Below are positions 19,901-30,997 of a stretch of DNA of 64,000 bases, piece by piece. Source of the DNA: an uncultured Methylomirabilota bacterium. GTDB taxonomy: Bacteria; Methylomirabilota; Methylomirabilia; Methylomirabilales; 2-02-FULL-66-22. The position numbers were made by a program, and so were the translations under genes. The first letter of the stretch is position 1. Every line of letters starts with the position of its first letter. The DNA is taken from positions 3,840,001-3,904,000 of the forward strand of contig OY970067.1 of assembly GCA_963705305.1 (NCBI GenBank), in the 5' to 3' direction. Under the pieces are notes generated by a model, which made no database searches, was not told where the DNA came from, and saw only the letters and a list, made by a program, of their open reading frames with translations.

Positions 19901-19945
19901 AGCATGTTTACTGTCCTGCTGCCATTCGCCGGGTCGGGAGTCTGA
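16922..19945 (+). CDS. Membrane sensor histidine kinase (Cache, HAMP, two GAF, HisKA, HATPase)
   Basis: Two TM segments; IKDRTFFQKAV..VGEYQIGRITG Cache; FLANMSHEIRTPLN; NLLSNAVKFT; DTGIGI; GTGLGLAL. Confidence 0.95.
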   Translation: MARFSLSSLRTRLLLLAVIAVVPALALIISAGLEQRRHAATDAQRESLMLARSTAAEYGRDSEGIRQLLIGLAQAPFVWSPKPGRCDSFFADLLKRFPSYANVALAGLDGNVVCSGLPFPRPVNIKDRTFFQKAVQTRDFAVGEYQIGRITGRAELNFGYPVLNAGGDIRAVVFAALDLNRLIRVAAEAYLPAGSTVTLLDGSGKVLARRPDPQRLVGQILPEAALIRAAAAEKGEGTIQLAGLDNRPHIYAIAPLRGLSGGGITCVVAIPTRLVFTEADRLLVRNLVGLGIVGLLTLVLAWVGADVFVLRQVNALTRTAQKLSDGDMSARTGMRPGSGELSRLAGTFDHMAASVERHLAAQKQAEDALRRVNLLLRTMSESNQALVCARDEVSLLHQICQIVVEVGGYRLAWVGVPDQDQNKSIRPVAQWGYEAGYLETLNLSWTEREREDGPTGRAIRTGQPILTKDILTDPRFAPWRAEAVKRGYVSSLALPIRANGEILGALSVYAAEANRFDEEEIKLLSELSDDLAYGIESLRTRVARQLADTERAAHAHRLEVVRAITTELTRELDLTTLLQLIVREAVGLVGADSGMLRLLDADGQTLVPHAWTGYGTARPDLPLALGEGASGTAARRRAGLCVNDFRTSPYATAALLEATTHHAVLAEPLLYRERLLGVINVNLEEAGRPFTPADQEMLTLFASQAAIAIENARLYEETRRHAAALEERVAERTAALERANRELAAASQHKSAFLANMSHEIRTPLNSVLGFAQVLQLQTANVLSEKHTRFLNSIYSSGLHLLSLINDILDLSKVEAGKISLRPQPLPVASTVEDVLVIARGLANKKSQTIEVDIAPDLPSVPADPVRFKQILFNLLSNAVKFTPESGRITLTARTLVEAPGRRGAEAQGDTGDNSPRHPGTPAPRQFLEIAVTDTGIGIEAEDLPKLFQEFVQLDAARNQSHEGTGLGLALTKRLVELHGGRIWATSAGEGQGSMFTVLLPFAGSGV
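19612..19698. repeat. Octamer repeat element inserted in frame in the kinase HATPase domain
   Basis: AGAGGCGC/CGGGGCGT-type units, then (CCCCGGCA)x4 at 19667-19698. Confidence 0.75.
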
Positions 19946-20194
19946 TTGCGGAATGCGGACTCGTCAGCACGGCGGCGGGGGCACGCAGGCAACCAAAGCC
20001 AGGAAAGCCCCGACAGCATCGCAGCGCATGCCTCCGCCGCGGCAGAGTCTCCCGACCTCGTGCGCTCCGGTGCCGGGATGCCGGGCCCGGAGGATTCGCT
20101 CTCTGCGAGCCGTGAAGCGGATGAAGGAGCCGGGGCGGCTGACCAGGAACGTGGGCCCAGCGGGGCGAGGTGATTCACCCAGCGGAGGCGGGAT

Positions 20195-21151
20195 ATGACG
20201 GAACACATCCTGGTCGTGGATGACGAGGCAGCCAATCGCGAGCTCTTGGAGGCAATACTGGAGCGAGCAGGCTACAAGGTCAGCCTGGCTCCGGACGGCC
20301 CAGCGGCGCTGGCGCAAGTAGCCAGCGATCCTCCCGACCTGCTGCTCCTGGACCTGCTGATGCCTGGGATGCATGGGCAGGAGGTGATCCGTCGACTCCG
20401 GGACGACCCCGCCACCGCGTCCCTTCCGATCATCGTAGTGACAGCTGTCGGCCAAGTCACCGTCAAGGAGGCCACCCTGACCGGCGGGGCCGACGACTTC
20501 GTCACCAAGCCGGTTCGGGCCGACGACCTCATCGTCCGTGTCCGGGCCATGCTGGGCGTCCGAAGCATCCGGGCCGCCCTGGACCGGACGCTGGCCTACT
20601 TGCATGAGCTGGAGGCCGGGCGGCACGCCAGGCGCCGCGCCGTCCTGGAAGAGTTGGGAGCCGGATCCCTGCCGCCAACCTCAGGAGATCCCGGCATCCC
20701 GATCCTTCTCATCGACGACGAAGAGCTCACCCGCCAGTTCTACGGTGATCTGTTGGCGGAGCACGGGTTTTGGGTCTTTGCGGCGAGCTCGGGAGCGGAG
20801 GGGCTGGAACTCATTCGCCGCCATCGCGTCGAGGTCGTCGTCCTGGACATCCAGATGCCCGGGATGTCCGGTCTCGAGGTCCTGGGCCGCCTGCGGGAGG
20901 AGGAGCCCTACCTGCCGGTAATCATGCTGACCGGCCATCCGACCTCCCAGGCTGCCATCGCCTCCCTCAAACTGGGAGCGTTCGATTTCATCGTCAAAGG
21001 CCTGGACCATAGCTTGGTGGTACTCGCCGTGCATCGAGCCGTGCGCTTTCGGCGAGAAACCCTCCACCAGAAAGAAGAGGTGGAAGGCCTCCGCGAGCGG
21101 CTTGCCCGGCTGGGGGGGACGCCGACCGGCGGGGAGGCGGGCCAGTCGTGA
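20195..21151 (+). CDS. Response regulator with two receiver domains and no output domain
   Basis: ILVVDD..LLLDLLMPG..FVTKP, and ILLIDD..VVLDIQMPG..FIVK. Confidence 0.9.
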   Translation: MTEHILVVDDEAANRELLEAILERAGYKVSLAPDGPAALAQVASDPPDLLLLDLLMPGMHGQEVIRRLRDDPATASLPIIVVTAVGQVTVKEATLTGGADDFVTKPVRADDLIVRVRAMLGVRSIRAALDRTLAYLHELEAGRHARRRAVLEELGAGSLPPTSGDPGIPILLIDDEELTRQFYGDLLAEHGFWVFAASSGAEGLELIRRHRVEVVVLDIQMPGMSGLEVLGRLREEEPYLPVIMLTGHPTSQAAIASLKLGAFDFIVKGLDHSLVVLAVHRAVRFRRETLHQKEEVEGLRERLARLGGTPTGGEAGQS

Positions 21152-21233
21152 CGGCGCCTCATGCAGGATAAGCAATCGGCCGTTTCGGGTCCCTCGGGGA
21201 GCGGGGGACCTGGCTGAAAGATAGGAGGTACCC

Positions 21234-22037
21234 ATGATTCGGCGAGCAGCGGTAGCCGGGACCTTCTACGCGGGAACGCGGCAGCAGCTGCGGCTCCAGG
21301 TAGAGGACCTCCTGTCGCGAGAGGCAGCGCCGACGCCGGCCATCGGCGTCGTGGTCCCCCACGCCGGCTATACCTACTCGGGGCGCGTGGCCGGCGCCGT
21401 CTATTCACGGGTGAGCCTGCCGGATACGGTGGTCATCCTGGGTCCGAATCATACTGGATTGGGCGCCGGGGCGGCAATCATGACGGCGGGTGAGTGGGAG
21501 ACCCCGCTCGGCCCCGTCCGGATCGATACGGATCTGGCGCGGGCGATCCTGGCCAACGCCAGGGTGCTGGAGGAAGATCACCTGGGACATCTCCGCGAAC
21601 ACTCGATCGAAGTCCAGCTGCCCCTCCTGCAGTACTTCAAGCCGGCCATTACCTTCGTTCCGATTTGTCTCTTCAGCCACGAATATGGTGCGTGCTGTGA
21701 CGTTGGCCAGGCCGTGGCCGCCGGTCTGCGTTCCGCCGGAAAGAATGCCCTGCTGATCGCCAGCACGGACATGAGCCATTACGTTTCGCGCGAACAGGCC
21801 GCGCTCAAGGACCGGATGGCGATCGAGGCCATCCTGGCGTTGGACCCGGAGAGGCTGCACCGGGTCGTCCGGCAAGAAGGCATCAGCATGTGCGGGTTTC
21901 ATCCGACCGCGGCCATGCTGGTGGCGGCCAAGGCGCTGGGGGCCACGCAGGCGGAATTGGTGCTCCACACAGACTCCGGCGAGGTGACCCGGAACACCTC
22001 CGAGGTAGTCGCATACGCCGGCCTGGTGGTTCGCTGA
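21234..22037 (+). CDS. amrB: AmmeMemoRadiSam system protein B (MEMO1 family)
   Basis: MIRRAAVAGTFY, VPHAGYTYSG, GPNHTG, EHSIEVQLP, ASTDMSHY, SMCG. Confidence 0.93.
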   Translation: MIRRAAVAGTFYAGTRQQLRLQVEDLLSREAAPTPAIGVVVPHAGYTYSGRVAGAVYSRVSLPDTVVILGPNHTGLGAGAAIMTAGEWETPLGPVRIDTDLARAILANARVLEEDHLGHLREHSIEVQLPLLQYFKPAITFVPICLFSHEYGACCDVGQAVAAGLRSAGKNALLIASTDMSHYVSREQAALKDRMAIEAILALDPERLHRVVRQEGISMCGFHPTAAMLVAAKALGATQAELVLHTDSGEVTRNTSEVVAYAGLVVR

Positions 22038-22235
22038 GGCCTTCGATGCAACAGGTCGGCGGCGAGCGCACCGGCTCAGGTCTTCGGGCGGAGCGGGCGA
22101 ACAAAGCCATGGGTGGGAAGAAGAGGCGATCGCATTTGCGAATCGAGGCACAGCGGCTGCCCGGGTGAACACCCCCCGCCGCGCTGCGGTCGGACGGCCA
22201 CAGGCCATACAAGGTCATTTGAGTCCTCTTCGGGG

Positions 22236-22264
22236 TTGACGCCATCCCGCAGACCGCGTAAAAT
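22236..22264 (+). promoter_or_regulatory. Sigma70 promoter (TTGACG-17-TAAAAT)
   Basis: Near-consensus hexamers upstream of the ferredoxin gene. Confidence 0.7.
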
Positions 22265-22356
22265 CCCGCAGACCCTAAGGGTGCCGAATCCCCGCGAAAT
22301 ACCGCGAAGCCCGAGTGAGCCTCGACGGAGGCTGAGACCAGAAGGAGGGGAGCGAG

Positions 22357-22698
22357 ATGACATATATCGTCGCCGAGCCGTGCATCGGGACCAAGGATCA
22401 CGCCTGCGTGGATGTGTGTCCCGTGGAGTGCTTCTACGAGGGGGAGGATATGCTGTACATCCACCCCGAGGAATGTATCGACTGCGGGGCATGCGTTCCC
22501 GAGTGCCCGGTGGCGGCGATCTTCGAGGAGAGCGATACCCCCGAACAGTGGAAAGATTACATCGCCAAGAACGCGGACATCTTCAAGGAAAATCCGAACC
22601 TCCCCAAGGCCCCCACCCGCGAGAAGTGGGAGGAAATGAAGAAAGCGCCCGACAGCGAGGCGGCAAAGTACTACGAGAAATACCCGCCCAAGTCCTAA
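22357..22698 (+). CDS. 7Fe-type ferredoxin with C-terminal extension
   Basis: [38 protein letters not shown]. Confidence 0.93.
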   Translation: MTYIVAEPCIGTKDHACVDVCPVECFYEGEDMLYIHPEECIDCGACVPECPVAAIFEESDTPEQWKDYIAKNADIFKENPNLPKAPTREKWEEMKKAPDSEAAKYYEKYPPKS

Positions 22699-22729
22699 AC
22701 GTTGCCCCCACCCTCGATGAGCATGCGTC

Positions 22730-22775
22730 GGCGCCCAGGCGATTCCGAAAGGATGCCTGGGCGCCGCTTTTTGTT
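22730..22775 (+). terminator. Intrinsic terminator after ferredoxin
   Basis: GGCGCCCAGGC/GCCTGGGCGCC stem followed by GCTTTTTGTT. Confidence 0.8.
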
Positions 22776-23024
22776 GGCGCCGCGAGCCGTTGGCCCGATC
22801 ATCGGTTCCGAGCGGAATCTCATGCGTTGGATGAGGCGGGGATACCGGGTGAAAGTGACGGTTGAAGTTCCACGGCAGACCTCTGACGCCGCGTCAGATT
22901 TTGCCGGAAGCCAACGAAAGGCGGCCTCTCCTCGTGCGGCGGCTCGGGCAGCGCAGCGGAGACGGCGGGCCCGCAGCTGGTGGAGTTGCCGGAGAGACGC
23001 GCCGGCGGGGATGCGGGCGGTGGG

Positions 23025-23627
23025 CTACGTGCCCGCGTGGGGCGGGGGATCCGTCGGCCGGGACTGCGGCAGTTGTGCGAGCCAGGGCCGGGCGGCTCGA
23101 AGGCCGAGGCGCGCGATTCCCCACCCGAGCAGGCCGCCGAAGAGGGCGCCGGCCAGGACGTTGCCGGGGTAGTGGACGCCCAGATACACCCGCGAGTAGC
23201 CCACCCCGGCGGCCAGGACGAGCAGGGTCCAGCGCCACCGCCAGCGGGAAGCCCACACGACGCCTGCCAGGGCGAACATGTTGCTGGCGTGATTGGAGGG
23301 CATCGAGAACGACCGGGTGCAGCCGGCCAGCAGGTGGATGGCGGCGATGGCCTGGCAGGGGCGAATCCGCTGCGCAATCCCTTTGAAGAGGTCCGCGCCC
23401 AGGTCACTCAGACCGACGGCGATGCCGGCCGCAGCGACGAGGAGCCACGCGCTTCGGTCTCCCCGGCGCCAGAGCAGCGCCAGAGCCAGCAGGACGGGGA
23501 GGACCAGGGAGCGCTTGTCGCTCAAGACGGGCATCACGATATCGAAGAGCGGGTTCCGCAGGGACTGGTTGACCAGCAGGAACAGGCGGGTATCGAGGGC
23601 TCGGAGCAAGGCGGCAATGTCGGACAT
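23025..23627 (-). CDS. PAP2-family membrane lipid phosphatase
   Basis: K..RIRP, SMPSNHA, SRVYLGVHYP motifs. Confidence 0.9.
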   Translation of the reverse strand: MSDIAALLRALDTRLFLLVNQSLRNPLFDIVMPVLSDKRSLVLPVLLALALLWRRGDRSAWLLVAAAGIAVGLSDLGADLFKGIAQRIRPCQAIAAIHLLAGCTRSFSMPSNHASNMFALAGVVWASRWRWRWTLLVLAAGVGYSRVYLGVHYPGNVLAGALFGGLLGWGIARLGLRAARPWLAQLPQSRPTDPPPHAGT

Positions 23628-23635
23628 GGCGCGCC

Positions 23636-24619
23636 TCAGGCCTCGATTCGCTTGGCGGTGTGCTCGTTGAGCAGGAAGGCCAGACCCCCCAGGCTGCTCA
23701 CGACGAGGGTAAGCGAGAACCAGATGAGCGACATGCTGAGGGCCGTCGCCGGGTCCACGCCCGCTTTCCCGAAAAAGTAGACGACGCCACCCTCACGAAC
23801 CCCCAGGCCGGCCACCGAGACGGGGAGCATGGACAGCACCGTGATCAGGGGAACATACAAAAAGAAGTAGGCCAGGGGCACGCCCAGCCTCAGCCCGGCG
23901 CCCACCAGGTAGTAGGTGACGATGATCAGCGCCTGCAACACCAGAGAAAGGACCAGCGCCTGGCCCACCGCCCACCGATGCCCGCGGTAGCGATGGAGGG
24001 CATCCATCAGCCCCTGCAGCTTGACTTGGAAGCGTGTCAGGCCCACCATCCGCAGGACCCCCGCCATCCGCTCTTGCGGGCTGTTGTGGAGCAAGAAGGC
24101 GACCAGCACGAAGAACGCCACGGCGATCGCCAGGATCATTCCCGCCACCAGCGGGTCATGAATCCTCCGGTAGGCAAGGGCCAGCGCCACCACGGCGATC
24201 GAGACGAGGGCCACGAAACCGGAAAGCCGATCCACCAGGATGGAAGCGATGGAGGCCTGGTGTCCCCGCGTGATCTTGTAGATGGAGTAGCCCCGCACGA
24301 TGTCTCCGCCGATGAGGGTCGGAAGGAAGAGGTTGAAGAACGCCCCCTCGAAATACACCAGGCCCACGCGCCAGATGGGGAGGCGGATGTCCTCGGCCAG
24401 CAGCAGGCGCTGCCAGCGGACAACACTGATCACGTACCCGAGGAAGTAGAGACCCGCGCATCCGAGGAAGAGGGACAGAGGCAGGGATTGGATGGTGCGG
24501 AGGAGGACGGTCCGGTCCGCGCGCCAGAAGAGAAATGCCAGCAGCAGCCCGCTGACCGTCAGCTTGCCGGCGAAGACCAGGCGTCGGGCCGGCCGCGGCG
24601 GCGAGGAGGGCGGCATCAC
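23636..24619 (-). CDS. Flippase-like membrane protein (lysylphosphatidylglycerol synthase TM / UPF0104)
   Basis: RWQRLL, FFNLFLPTLIGGDIVR, LVDRLSG, LPVSVAGLGVREG. Confidence 0.88.
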   Translation of the reverse strand: MMPPSSPPRPARRLVFAGKLTVSGLLLAFLFWRADRTVLLRTIQSLPLSLFLGCAGLYFLGYVISVVRWQRLLLAEDIRLPIWRVGLVYFEGAFFNLFLPTLIGGDIVRGYSIYKITRGHQASIASILVDRLSGFVALVSIAVVALALAYRRIHDPLVAGMILAIAVAFFVLVAFLLHNSPQERMAGVLRMVGLTRFQVKLQGLMDALHRYRGHRWAVGQALVLSLVLQALIIVTYYLVGAGLRLGVPLAYFFLYVPLITVLSMLPVSVAGLGVREGGVVYFFGKAGVDPATALSMSLIWFSLTLVVSSLGGLAFLLNEHTAKRIEA

Positions 24620-25593
24620 GCCTCCGGCGCGGGGCGGCCCGCCACCCGTTTGACCATGTAGATCGGCTTGCGCTGGGATTCGTGGTAGATCCGGACCAGC
24701 ATCTCCCCCAGCAGTCCCATGACGATGAACTGGACCCCCACCACAATGAGCAGAATCGCCAGGAAGAGCAGCGGGCGATTGCCGATGTGCGCCCCCAGGA
24801 ACAGCTTGAGGAGGCTGAGGTAGAGGCCGATGAGGATGCCGATGCCGGAGGCCAGCATGCCGAGCATGCCGAACACCTGGATGGGCTTGGTGGCAAAGCT
24901 CAACAGAAACTTCACCGTGAGAAGGTCCAGGATCACCCGCAGGGTCCGGCCGATCCCGTACTTGGATTGACCGTAGCGCCGGGGCCGGTGGTGCGTCTCG
25001 ACTTCGGTCAAGGTGATTCCCATCCAGCTGGCGATGGCGGGGATGAAGCGATGCATCTCCCCGTACAGGTGCAGATGCTCCACCACCTCCCGGCGGTAGG
25101 CCTTCAGCGTGCAGCCATAGTCATGGAGTCGGACACCCGTGACCCGGGAAATGACCCAGTTGGCCACCTGCGAGGGCAGGCGCCGGCTGAGGAAGGGATC
25201 CCGCCGCTGGTGGCGCCAGCCGCTGACCACATCGTAGTCCCGGGCCAAGGTCAGCAATCGCGGGATGTCCGCCGGATCGTTCTGGAGGTCGGCGTCCAGG
25301 GTAACGATCACTTCCCCACGGGCGTGGTCGAAGCCGGCGGACATGGCCGCTGTTTGCCCGAAGTTTCGACGCAGTCCCACCAGGATCCAGCGTTGGTCCT
25401 GCGCCCGCAGCCGCTCCAGACAAGTCCAGGATCCATCCGCCGAGCCGTCGTCGACCGCGATCACCTCGTAGGCGAGCCCCAGCGGATCCAACGCCTGCCT
25501 GATCTCGTCGGCCAGGAGCGGAAGGTTCTGCTCTTCGTTGAAGACCGGGATGACGAGGGAGAGGAGCGGCGCAGTCGCAGGGGGCACGTGCAT
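24616..25593 (-). CDS. GT2 polyprenyl-phosphate glycosyltransferase (ArnC-like)
   Basis: VIPVFNEEQN, VDDGSADGS, RNFGQTAA, DADLQNDP, HDYGCTLKAYR, two C-terminal TMs. Confidence 0.92.
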   Translation of the reverse strand: MHVPPATAPLLSLVIPVFNEEQNLPLLADEIRQALDPLGLAYEVIAVDDGSADGSWTCLERLRAQDQRWILVGLRRNFGQTAAMSAGFDHARGEVIVTLDADLQNDPADIPRLLTLARDYDVVSGWRHQRRDPFLSRRLPSQVANWVISRVTGVRLHDYGCTLKAYRREVVEHLHLYGEMHRFIPAIASWMGITLTEVETHHRPRRYGQSKYGIGRTLRVILDLLTVKFLLSFATKPIQVFGMLGMLASGIGILIGLYLSLLKLFLGAHIGNRPLLFLAILLIVVGVQFIVMGLLGEMLVRIYHESQRKPIYMVKRVAGRPAPEA

Positions 25594-25597
25594 CTCC

Positions 25598-27127
25598 TCA
25601 GAAGCCGGCGAACGGCTGGGCCGGGAATCCCCGGAAATCCCGTCCCCAGAAGATGGAGAAATCACGGAGGTGCTCTCCTCGATAGTCGAACGGCACGACG
25701 CGCACCCTCTCGACTTCCCGGAAGGCCGCTCCAAGCTGCGGAGGCGGCTCGCCGGCACCATAGGTGACAAACAGGCCGTCGCGTCCGCGAAGCGCCTCCC
25801 AGCCGCCCCAGAGGTCGTACTGGTTCATGCGCCGGCCCAGGTTGGCGTTGTACACCCGGGGATGCCCCGGGACGTAGAACGCCAGCTCGCTGGAGATCTG
25901 ATACCGGTCGCTCACCAGGAACGTCCCGTCGGGTGCAGTCCGAAGCGCCTGGCCCACCGCCTGGCCCAGCTGGGGCCATCCCCGCAGCCGCTTGCTCACC
26001 AGATCCACGGCGGCGGGAAGCCGGGCGCCCAGAATTGCCAGCATGTCGGGGAACACGGCCACCGGCACCAGCAGGGCCGGCAGAATTATAGAGGCCAGGA
26101 GGAATTGCTTCAAGCGTCGCGTCTCGCGGTGCCTGGGGCCGTGCTCCGGCCAGCTGGCACACCAGCCTGCAGCGGCGATGGCGGCCGTGAAATAGGCATG
26201 AGCCGCCCAGTTGGCTTGGACCTTGACGACAAAGCTCCAGACCTGGAAGAAGAGCAGAACGGGCGCTGACAGGAAGACGAGCAGCTGAATGTCATCTCGA
26301 TCCCGCCGGATCCCCTCCCGCCACGCCCAGATCAGCCCGAGGACGAGCAGGGCGAAGAGCAGGGGAGTGACCAGCCCGAGCTGCGTCGCGAGGAATTCCG
26401 GGCCTCCCAGCAGGGAGACCAGCACCCCTCGTGCGCCGCGCCCTGCGGCCTGGGTCAGAACGTGGCGCCCCGAGAGCCATCCGTGGCGCGCGTTCCAGAC
26501 GATGACCGGGCTGAAGATCAGGAGGCCCAGCACGGTGGCTTCGTATGGCTCGCGCCGGAGGAGCCAGGGGCGCAGGCGAGGCGAGCACAGGAGCCACAGG
26601 AAGACGCACGGCAGCAGCATGAGCATGGTGTACTTGGCGAGCAGGCCGATCCCCAGAGCCGCGCCGGCACCGTACCAGGCGAGCTCGCCGCGGCGCTCGA
26701 TCGCCCGGCATAGGCACAGGGCGGCCAGCGCCCAGCAGAAGACGAAGGGGGCGTCGATGGTCATGAGGAAGGAGCCGGCAATGTAGAGCGGCATGACGCT
26801 GAGAAAGAGGACGCTCAAGAAACCGGCCCGCTCGCTCTGAAAGATGCGGCGCGCCACGAGGTAGGCCAGCAGGGCCGAGCCGGTCCCCAGCAGGACCGCC
26901 GGAAGGCGCACCCAGAAGGCGCTGGTGCCGCCCAGGCGCGTGCTCAGGGCAATCAGGTAGGCCACCATGGGTCCCTTGCTGTAATAGCTCCAGTCCAGGC
27001 GGCGGGACCACTCCCAATAGTGGGCCTCGTCGGGTGACAAGGGCCAGCGGCCTCCGCTGATCAGCCAGAAGTGGAACAGGGTCAGCCCCAGGATCCACAC
27101 CAGGGTCAACTTGCGGTAGGAGATCAT
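25598..27127 (-). CDS. GT-C/ArnT-like (PMT family) membrane glycosyltransferase
   Basis: [27 protein letters not shown], multiple TMs. Confidence 0.9.
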   Translation of the reverse strand: MISYRKLTLVWILGLTLFHFWLISGGRWPLSPDEAHYWEWSRRLDWSYYSKGPMVAYLIALSTRLGGTSAFWVRLPAVLLGTGSALLAYLVARRIFQSERAGFLSVLFLSVMPLYIAGSFLMTIDAPFVFCWALAALCLCRAIERRGELAWYGAGAALGIGLLAKYTMLMLLPCVFLWLLCSPRLRPWLLRREPYEATVLGLLIFSPVIVWNARHGWLSGRHVLTQAAGRGARGVLVSLLGGPEFLATQLGLVTPLLFALLVLGLIWAWREGIRRDRDDIQLLVFLSAPVLLFFQVWSFVVKVQANWAAHAYFTAAIAAAGWCASWPEHGPRHRETRRLKQFLLASIILPALLVPVAVFPDMLAILGARLPAAVDLVSKRLRGWPQLGQAVGQALRTAPDGTFLVSDRYQISSELAFYVPGHPRVYNANLGRRMNQYDLWGGWEALRGRDGLFVTYGAGEPPPQLGAAFREVERVRVVPFDYRGEHLRDFSIFWGRDFRGFPAQPFAGF

Positions 27128-27218
27128 GCAGCCAAGCCCCCCGCGGCAGGGTCGGCCCCCTCAGGCACGGGCGACGGGTCCGGGACCGGGGCAGGTCCGA
27201 ACGGGCCCGCCGTCCGGC

Positions 27219-27740
27219 TCACGCCCCACCGTCCCGCAGCCGGCGATCCTTGGCGGCCACGTCGGCGGCCATGCGCGCCCGATGCTGGAGGAGCCGCCGG
27301 CGGAGCCGGGCGTCGCCGAGCGCCAGAATTTGGATGGCCAGCAGGGCGGCGTTCCTGGCCCCGGCCCGCCCGATGGCGACGGTGGCGACCGGCACGCCCG
27401 CCGGCATCTGGACGGTGGCCAGCAGAGCGTCCAGTCCGCCCAGGGATCCTCCCTCCATGGGCACACCGATGACGGGCAGGGTCGCATGGGCCGCGACGAC
27501 GCCGGCCAGATGGGCGGCTCCGCCGGCGCCGGCGATCAGGACGCGCAGGCCGCGGCCCGCCGCCTCCCGCGCGTAGCGCATCACCCGCTCGGGGGTGCGA
27601 TGCGCGGACAAGATGTGGACCTCGGCAGGAACGTCGAACTCCTGCAGCATCTTGAGGGCATCCTGCATGGTGGGGAGGTCGGAATCGCTGCCCATGAGGA
27701 TGCCGACCAGGGGGGATCGGAGTGCGTGTGCGCGCGGCAT
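27219..27740 (-). CDS. purE: N5-CAIR mutase
   Basis: [37 protein letters not shown]. Confidence 0.97.
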   Translation of the reverse strand: MPRAHALRSPLVGILMGSDSDLPTMQDALKMLQEFDVPAEVHILSAHRTPERVMRYAREAAGRGLRVLIAGAGGAAHLAGVVAAHATLPVIGVPMEGGSLGGLDALLATVQMPAGVPVATVAIGRAGARNAALLAIQILALGDARLRRRLLQHRARMAADVAAKDRRLRDGGA

Positions 27741-27753
27741 GCTGCCTCCCACA

Positions 27754-29073
27754 TCAGTCGGCGGCGGCTCCCGGCGGTTCGGGCGCGGGCCCGGTCGGGG
27801 CCTCTCGGGTGAGGGCCTTTCGGCCGATGTCGGTCCGGTAATGGACCCCGTCCCAGCGGATCCTCTCCACGGCACGGTACGCGCGCCGCATGGCCTCGGA
27901 AACATCCGTCCCGATGGCGGTGACTCCGAGGACGCGGCCGCCGCTGGTGACAATCTTTCCTCCCACCAACGCCGTTCCGGCGTGGAATACCATGACATCT
28001 TTGAGGCGGGCAGCGGATCGTAATCCGGTGATGACCTTGCCGGTGTCATAGGGCCCCGGATAGCCGCCGGCCGCCATGACGACGCACACGGCCGCCTCGG
28101 GCCGCCAGCGGATGGCCACATCGTGCAGGCGTCCTTCCGCCAGCGCCTCCAGGATCGGCACCAGATCGCTTTCCATCTGCATCAAGAGGGGCTGGGCTTC
28201 CGGATCGCCGAAGCGCGCATTGAACTCCAGCACCTTCGGCTCGCCGTCCTTGATCATGAGGCCGGCGTACAGGATCCCCCGGTAGGGGCGGCCTTCGGCC
28301 GCCATGGCCTTCACGGTGGGGATCATGATCCGGTCCATGATCTTCTGGTGCACCTCCGGCGTCACCAGCGGGGCGGGGGAGTAGGCCCCCATCCCTCCGG
28401 TGTTGGGGCCCCGATCGTCATCGTTGACGGGTTTGTGATCCTGGGAGGAGGGCATGGGCAGGACGGTCTGGCCGTCCGTGAATGCCAGAAAGGAGACCTC
28501 CTCCCCGGTGAGAAATTCTTCCACCACGACCTTCTCACCGGCGTCGCCGAAGACGCGATCCTCCATGATCCGCTTGACGGTATCCGTCGCCTCGTCCACG
28601 CTGCGGCAGACGACGACTCCCTTGCCCGCGGCCAGCCCGTCGGCCTTCACTACGACGGGCGCTCCGACATCCTGAATGTAGCGCTTGGCGTCGTCGCTCC
28701 GGTAGAAGGTCTGGAAGAAGCCGGTTGGAATCTTGTACTTCTTCATCAGCCGTTTGGCGAAAACCTTGCTGCCCTCCAGGATGGCCGCCTGCCGGGAGGC
28801 CCCCACGACCCGCAAGCCGCGGCTCTCGAATTCGTCCACGATCCCCAGGGTGAGGGGGAGCTCCGGCCCAACCACCGTCAGGTCGATGCTCTTCCGGCCG
28901 GCGAAATCCGCCAGGCGCCTGATCTCCGAAGCATTGAGGTCCGTGCACTCTGCCAGCTCGGCGATGCCGGCGTTCCCCGGGGCCGCGTAGATGTGCGTGA
29001 CGCGCTGGCTCTGCTTGAGTTTCCAGACGAGGCTGTGTTCTCGTCCGCCTGCCCCCACAACCAACACTCGCAT
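27754..29073 (-). CDS. purD: Phosphoribosylamine-glycine ligase
   Basis: [42 protein letters not shown]. Confidence 0.97.
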   Translation of the reverse strand: MRVLVVGAGGREHSLVWKLKQSQRVTHIYAAPGNAGIAELAECTDLNASEIRRLADFAGRKSIDLTVVGPELPLTLGIVDEFESRGLRVVGASRQAAILEGSKVFAKRLMKKYKIPTGFFQTFYRSDDAKRYIQDVGAPVVVKADGLAAGKGVVVCRSVDEATDTVKRIMEDRVFGDAGEKVVVEEFLTGEEVSFLAFTDGQTVLPMPSSQDHKPVNDDDRGPNTGGMGAYSPAPLVTPEVHQKIMDRIMIPTVKAMAAEGRPYRGILYAGLMIKDGEPKVLEFNARFGDPEAQPLLMQMESDLVPILEALAEGRLHDVAIRWRPEAAVCVVMAAGGYPGPYDTGKVITGLRSAARLKDVMVFHAGTALVGGKIVTSGGRVLGVTAIGTDVSEAMRRAYRAVERIRWDGVHYRTDIGRKALTREAPTGPAPEPPGAAAD

Positions 29074-29110
29074 GGTGGCTCCGTTCTGGTAGCGCGGCCC
29101 CGTTCAGCCA

Positions 29111-30685
29111 TCAATGCCGGAAATGCCGCATGCCGGTGAACAGCATGACCATACCGCGCTCGTCCGCAGCGGCAACGACCTCTCCATCCCGGACCGAGCC
29201 GCCAGGCTGGATGATGGCGGTGACCCCCGCCTCTGCGGCGGCGTCCACGCCGTCCTGGAAGGGGAAGAACGCGTCCGAGGCCAGCACCGTCCCTCGGGTG
29301 GGGAAATTGGCCTTGCGCGTGGCCAGCGTGACCGAGTCGACCCGGCTCATCTGTCCGGCGCCGATCCCCACGGTGGCGTCCTCCACAGCCAGCACAATGG
29401 CGTTGGATTTCACGTGCTTGGCGACTGTCCAGGCGAAGCGCAGAGCGCGTAGCTCGGCCTCCGTAGGGGCGCGGCGGGTCATCACACGCGGGTCGGCCGT
29501 TCCCAGCAGGGTGGCATCCCGTTCCTGGACCAGCATTCCTCCGCTCACCCGACGGACCTCGTAGCTAGCGGCGGCCGCACGATCCCCGGCCGCCGGGAGG
29601 GGCAGCTCCACCAGACGGAGGTTCTTCTTGGCCGCCAGGCACGCCAGGGCCTCCGGGGCGAAGCTCGGGGCGATAACGGCCTCGGCGAAGGTGGAGGCAA
29701 TGGCGGCGGCCGTGTGCGGGTCCAGCGTCCGGTTGACCGCGATGATCCCCCCAAAGGCGGACACCGGGTCGGTGTCGCGGGCGCGGAGGTAGGCGGCATG
29801 TAGCTCGGCGGCTCGCGCCACCCCGCACGGATTAGTGTGCTTGATGATCGCCGCCACGGGCTCGTCGAACTCCTGGGCCAGCTCCCAGGCCGCCTGGAGG
29901 TCCAGCAGGTTGTTGTAGGACAGTTCCTTGCCCTGGAGCTGCCGGGCCGCCGCGAGGCCGCCGCGAAGGGACAGGTCTCTGTAGAAGGCAGCGCGCTGGT
30001 GCGGATTCTCCCCGTAGCGGAGGTCCTGAAGCTTTTCCAAGCGGAGGTGGAGCAGTGACGGGAGCGGGGTCCCTGCGGGCCCCTCCGCTCCGACCGTGAG
30101 CCCTTCCAGATAGCTGGCGATGAGACTGTCGTAGCGGGCGGTGTGCGCGAACGCCTTGCGCGCCAGCCGCAGGCGGGTTTCTCGTGCCAGGGCTCCCCCG
30201 GTCGCCCGCAGCTCTTCCAGGACCGCTGGATAGTCGTTCGGGTCGGTGATGGCAGCCACCGCTTCGAAGTTCTTCGCGGCCGACCGCAGCATGGCGGGCC
30301 CCCCGATGTCGATCTGCTCGACAGCCTCGCCGAGGGAGACGCCGGGATGGGCGATCGCAGCCTCGAAGGGATACAAGGTGATGGCCACCAGGTCGATAGG
30401 GGCGATGCCGTGGGCGGCCATCTGTCGTGTGTGCTCCGCATTTCCCCGGATGCCCAGAAGACCACCGTGAATGGCCGGGTGCAGGGTCTTCACCCGCCCG
30501 TCCAGCATCTCCGGGAAACCGGTGACCTGAGAGACATCCGTGACCGCCAGTCCGGCCGATCGGAGGAGGTGCGCGGTGCCGCCGGTGGAGATGAGTTCCA
30601 CCGACAGGCCGGCCAAGCCAGCGGCGAATTCGACCAGCCCCGTTTTCTCCGAGGCACTCAAGAGGGCGCGACGTACCTGCGTCAT
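29111..30685 (-). CDS. purH: Bifunctional AICAR transformylase/IMP cyclohydrolase
   Basis: [44 protein letters not shown]. Confidence 0.97.
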   Translation of the reverse strand: MTQVRRALLSASEKTGLVEFAAGLAGLSVELISTGGTAHLLRSAGLAVTDVSQVTGFPEMLDGRVKTLHPAIHGGLLGIRGNAEHTRQMAAHGIAPIDLVAITLYPFEAAIAHPGVSLGEAVEQIDIGGPAMLRSAAKNFEAVAAITDPNDYPAVLEELRATGGALARETRLRLARKAFAHTARYDSLIASYLEGLTVGAEGPAGTPLPSLLHLRLEKLQDLRYGENPHQRAAFYRDLSLRGGLAAARQLQGKELSYNNLLDLQAAWELAQEFDEPVAAIIKHTNPCGVARAAELHAAYLRARDTDPVSAFGGIIAVNRTLDPHTAAAIASTFAEAVIAPSFAPEALACLAAKKNLRLVELPLPAAGDRAAAASYEVRRVSGGMLVQERDATLLGTADPRVMTRRAPTEAELRALRFAWTVAKHVKSNAIVLAVEDATVGIGAGQMSRVDSVTLATRKANFPTRGTVLASDAFFPFQDGVDAAAEAGVTAIIQPGGSVRDGEVVAAADERGMVMLFTGMRHFRH

Positions 30686-30997
30686 CGGCTCACCGTGCGG
30701 ACGAGGTGTCGGCTGCCGCGGGGATCGCACATCCGGCGCCCGCGGGTGCCGGCAGCAGCCGCGCACCGAAAGAGAGCCCCGTTGCGGTCGGTCCGCCAAA
30801 ACACCGCTCGGGGGGTTCGGTGCATCATCGTTGCGGGGCGCGCCGTCTCACTGCGCAGCTTCCTGCGGACCGAGAGGACCGCGACAGGAACGGCTGAGGG
30901 AGTGCGGGAGAAGCCTGCGGACGCGCACGAAAACGGTACGGATGCTAACAGAAAGGCCGGAAAGCGGCAAGAAAAATTGGCCCCGGGGCGCGCCCTG

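Noticed and set aside
30686..30997. ZTP (pfl) or PRPP riboswitch upstream of purH
   Set aside because: Conserved core sequences were not found by eye on the minus strand; kept only as an unassigned hairpin.
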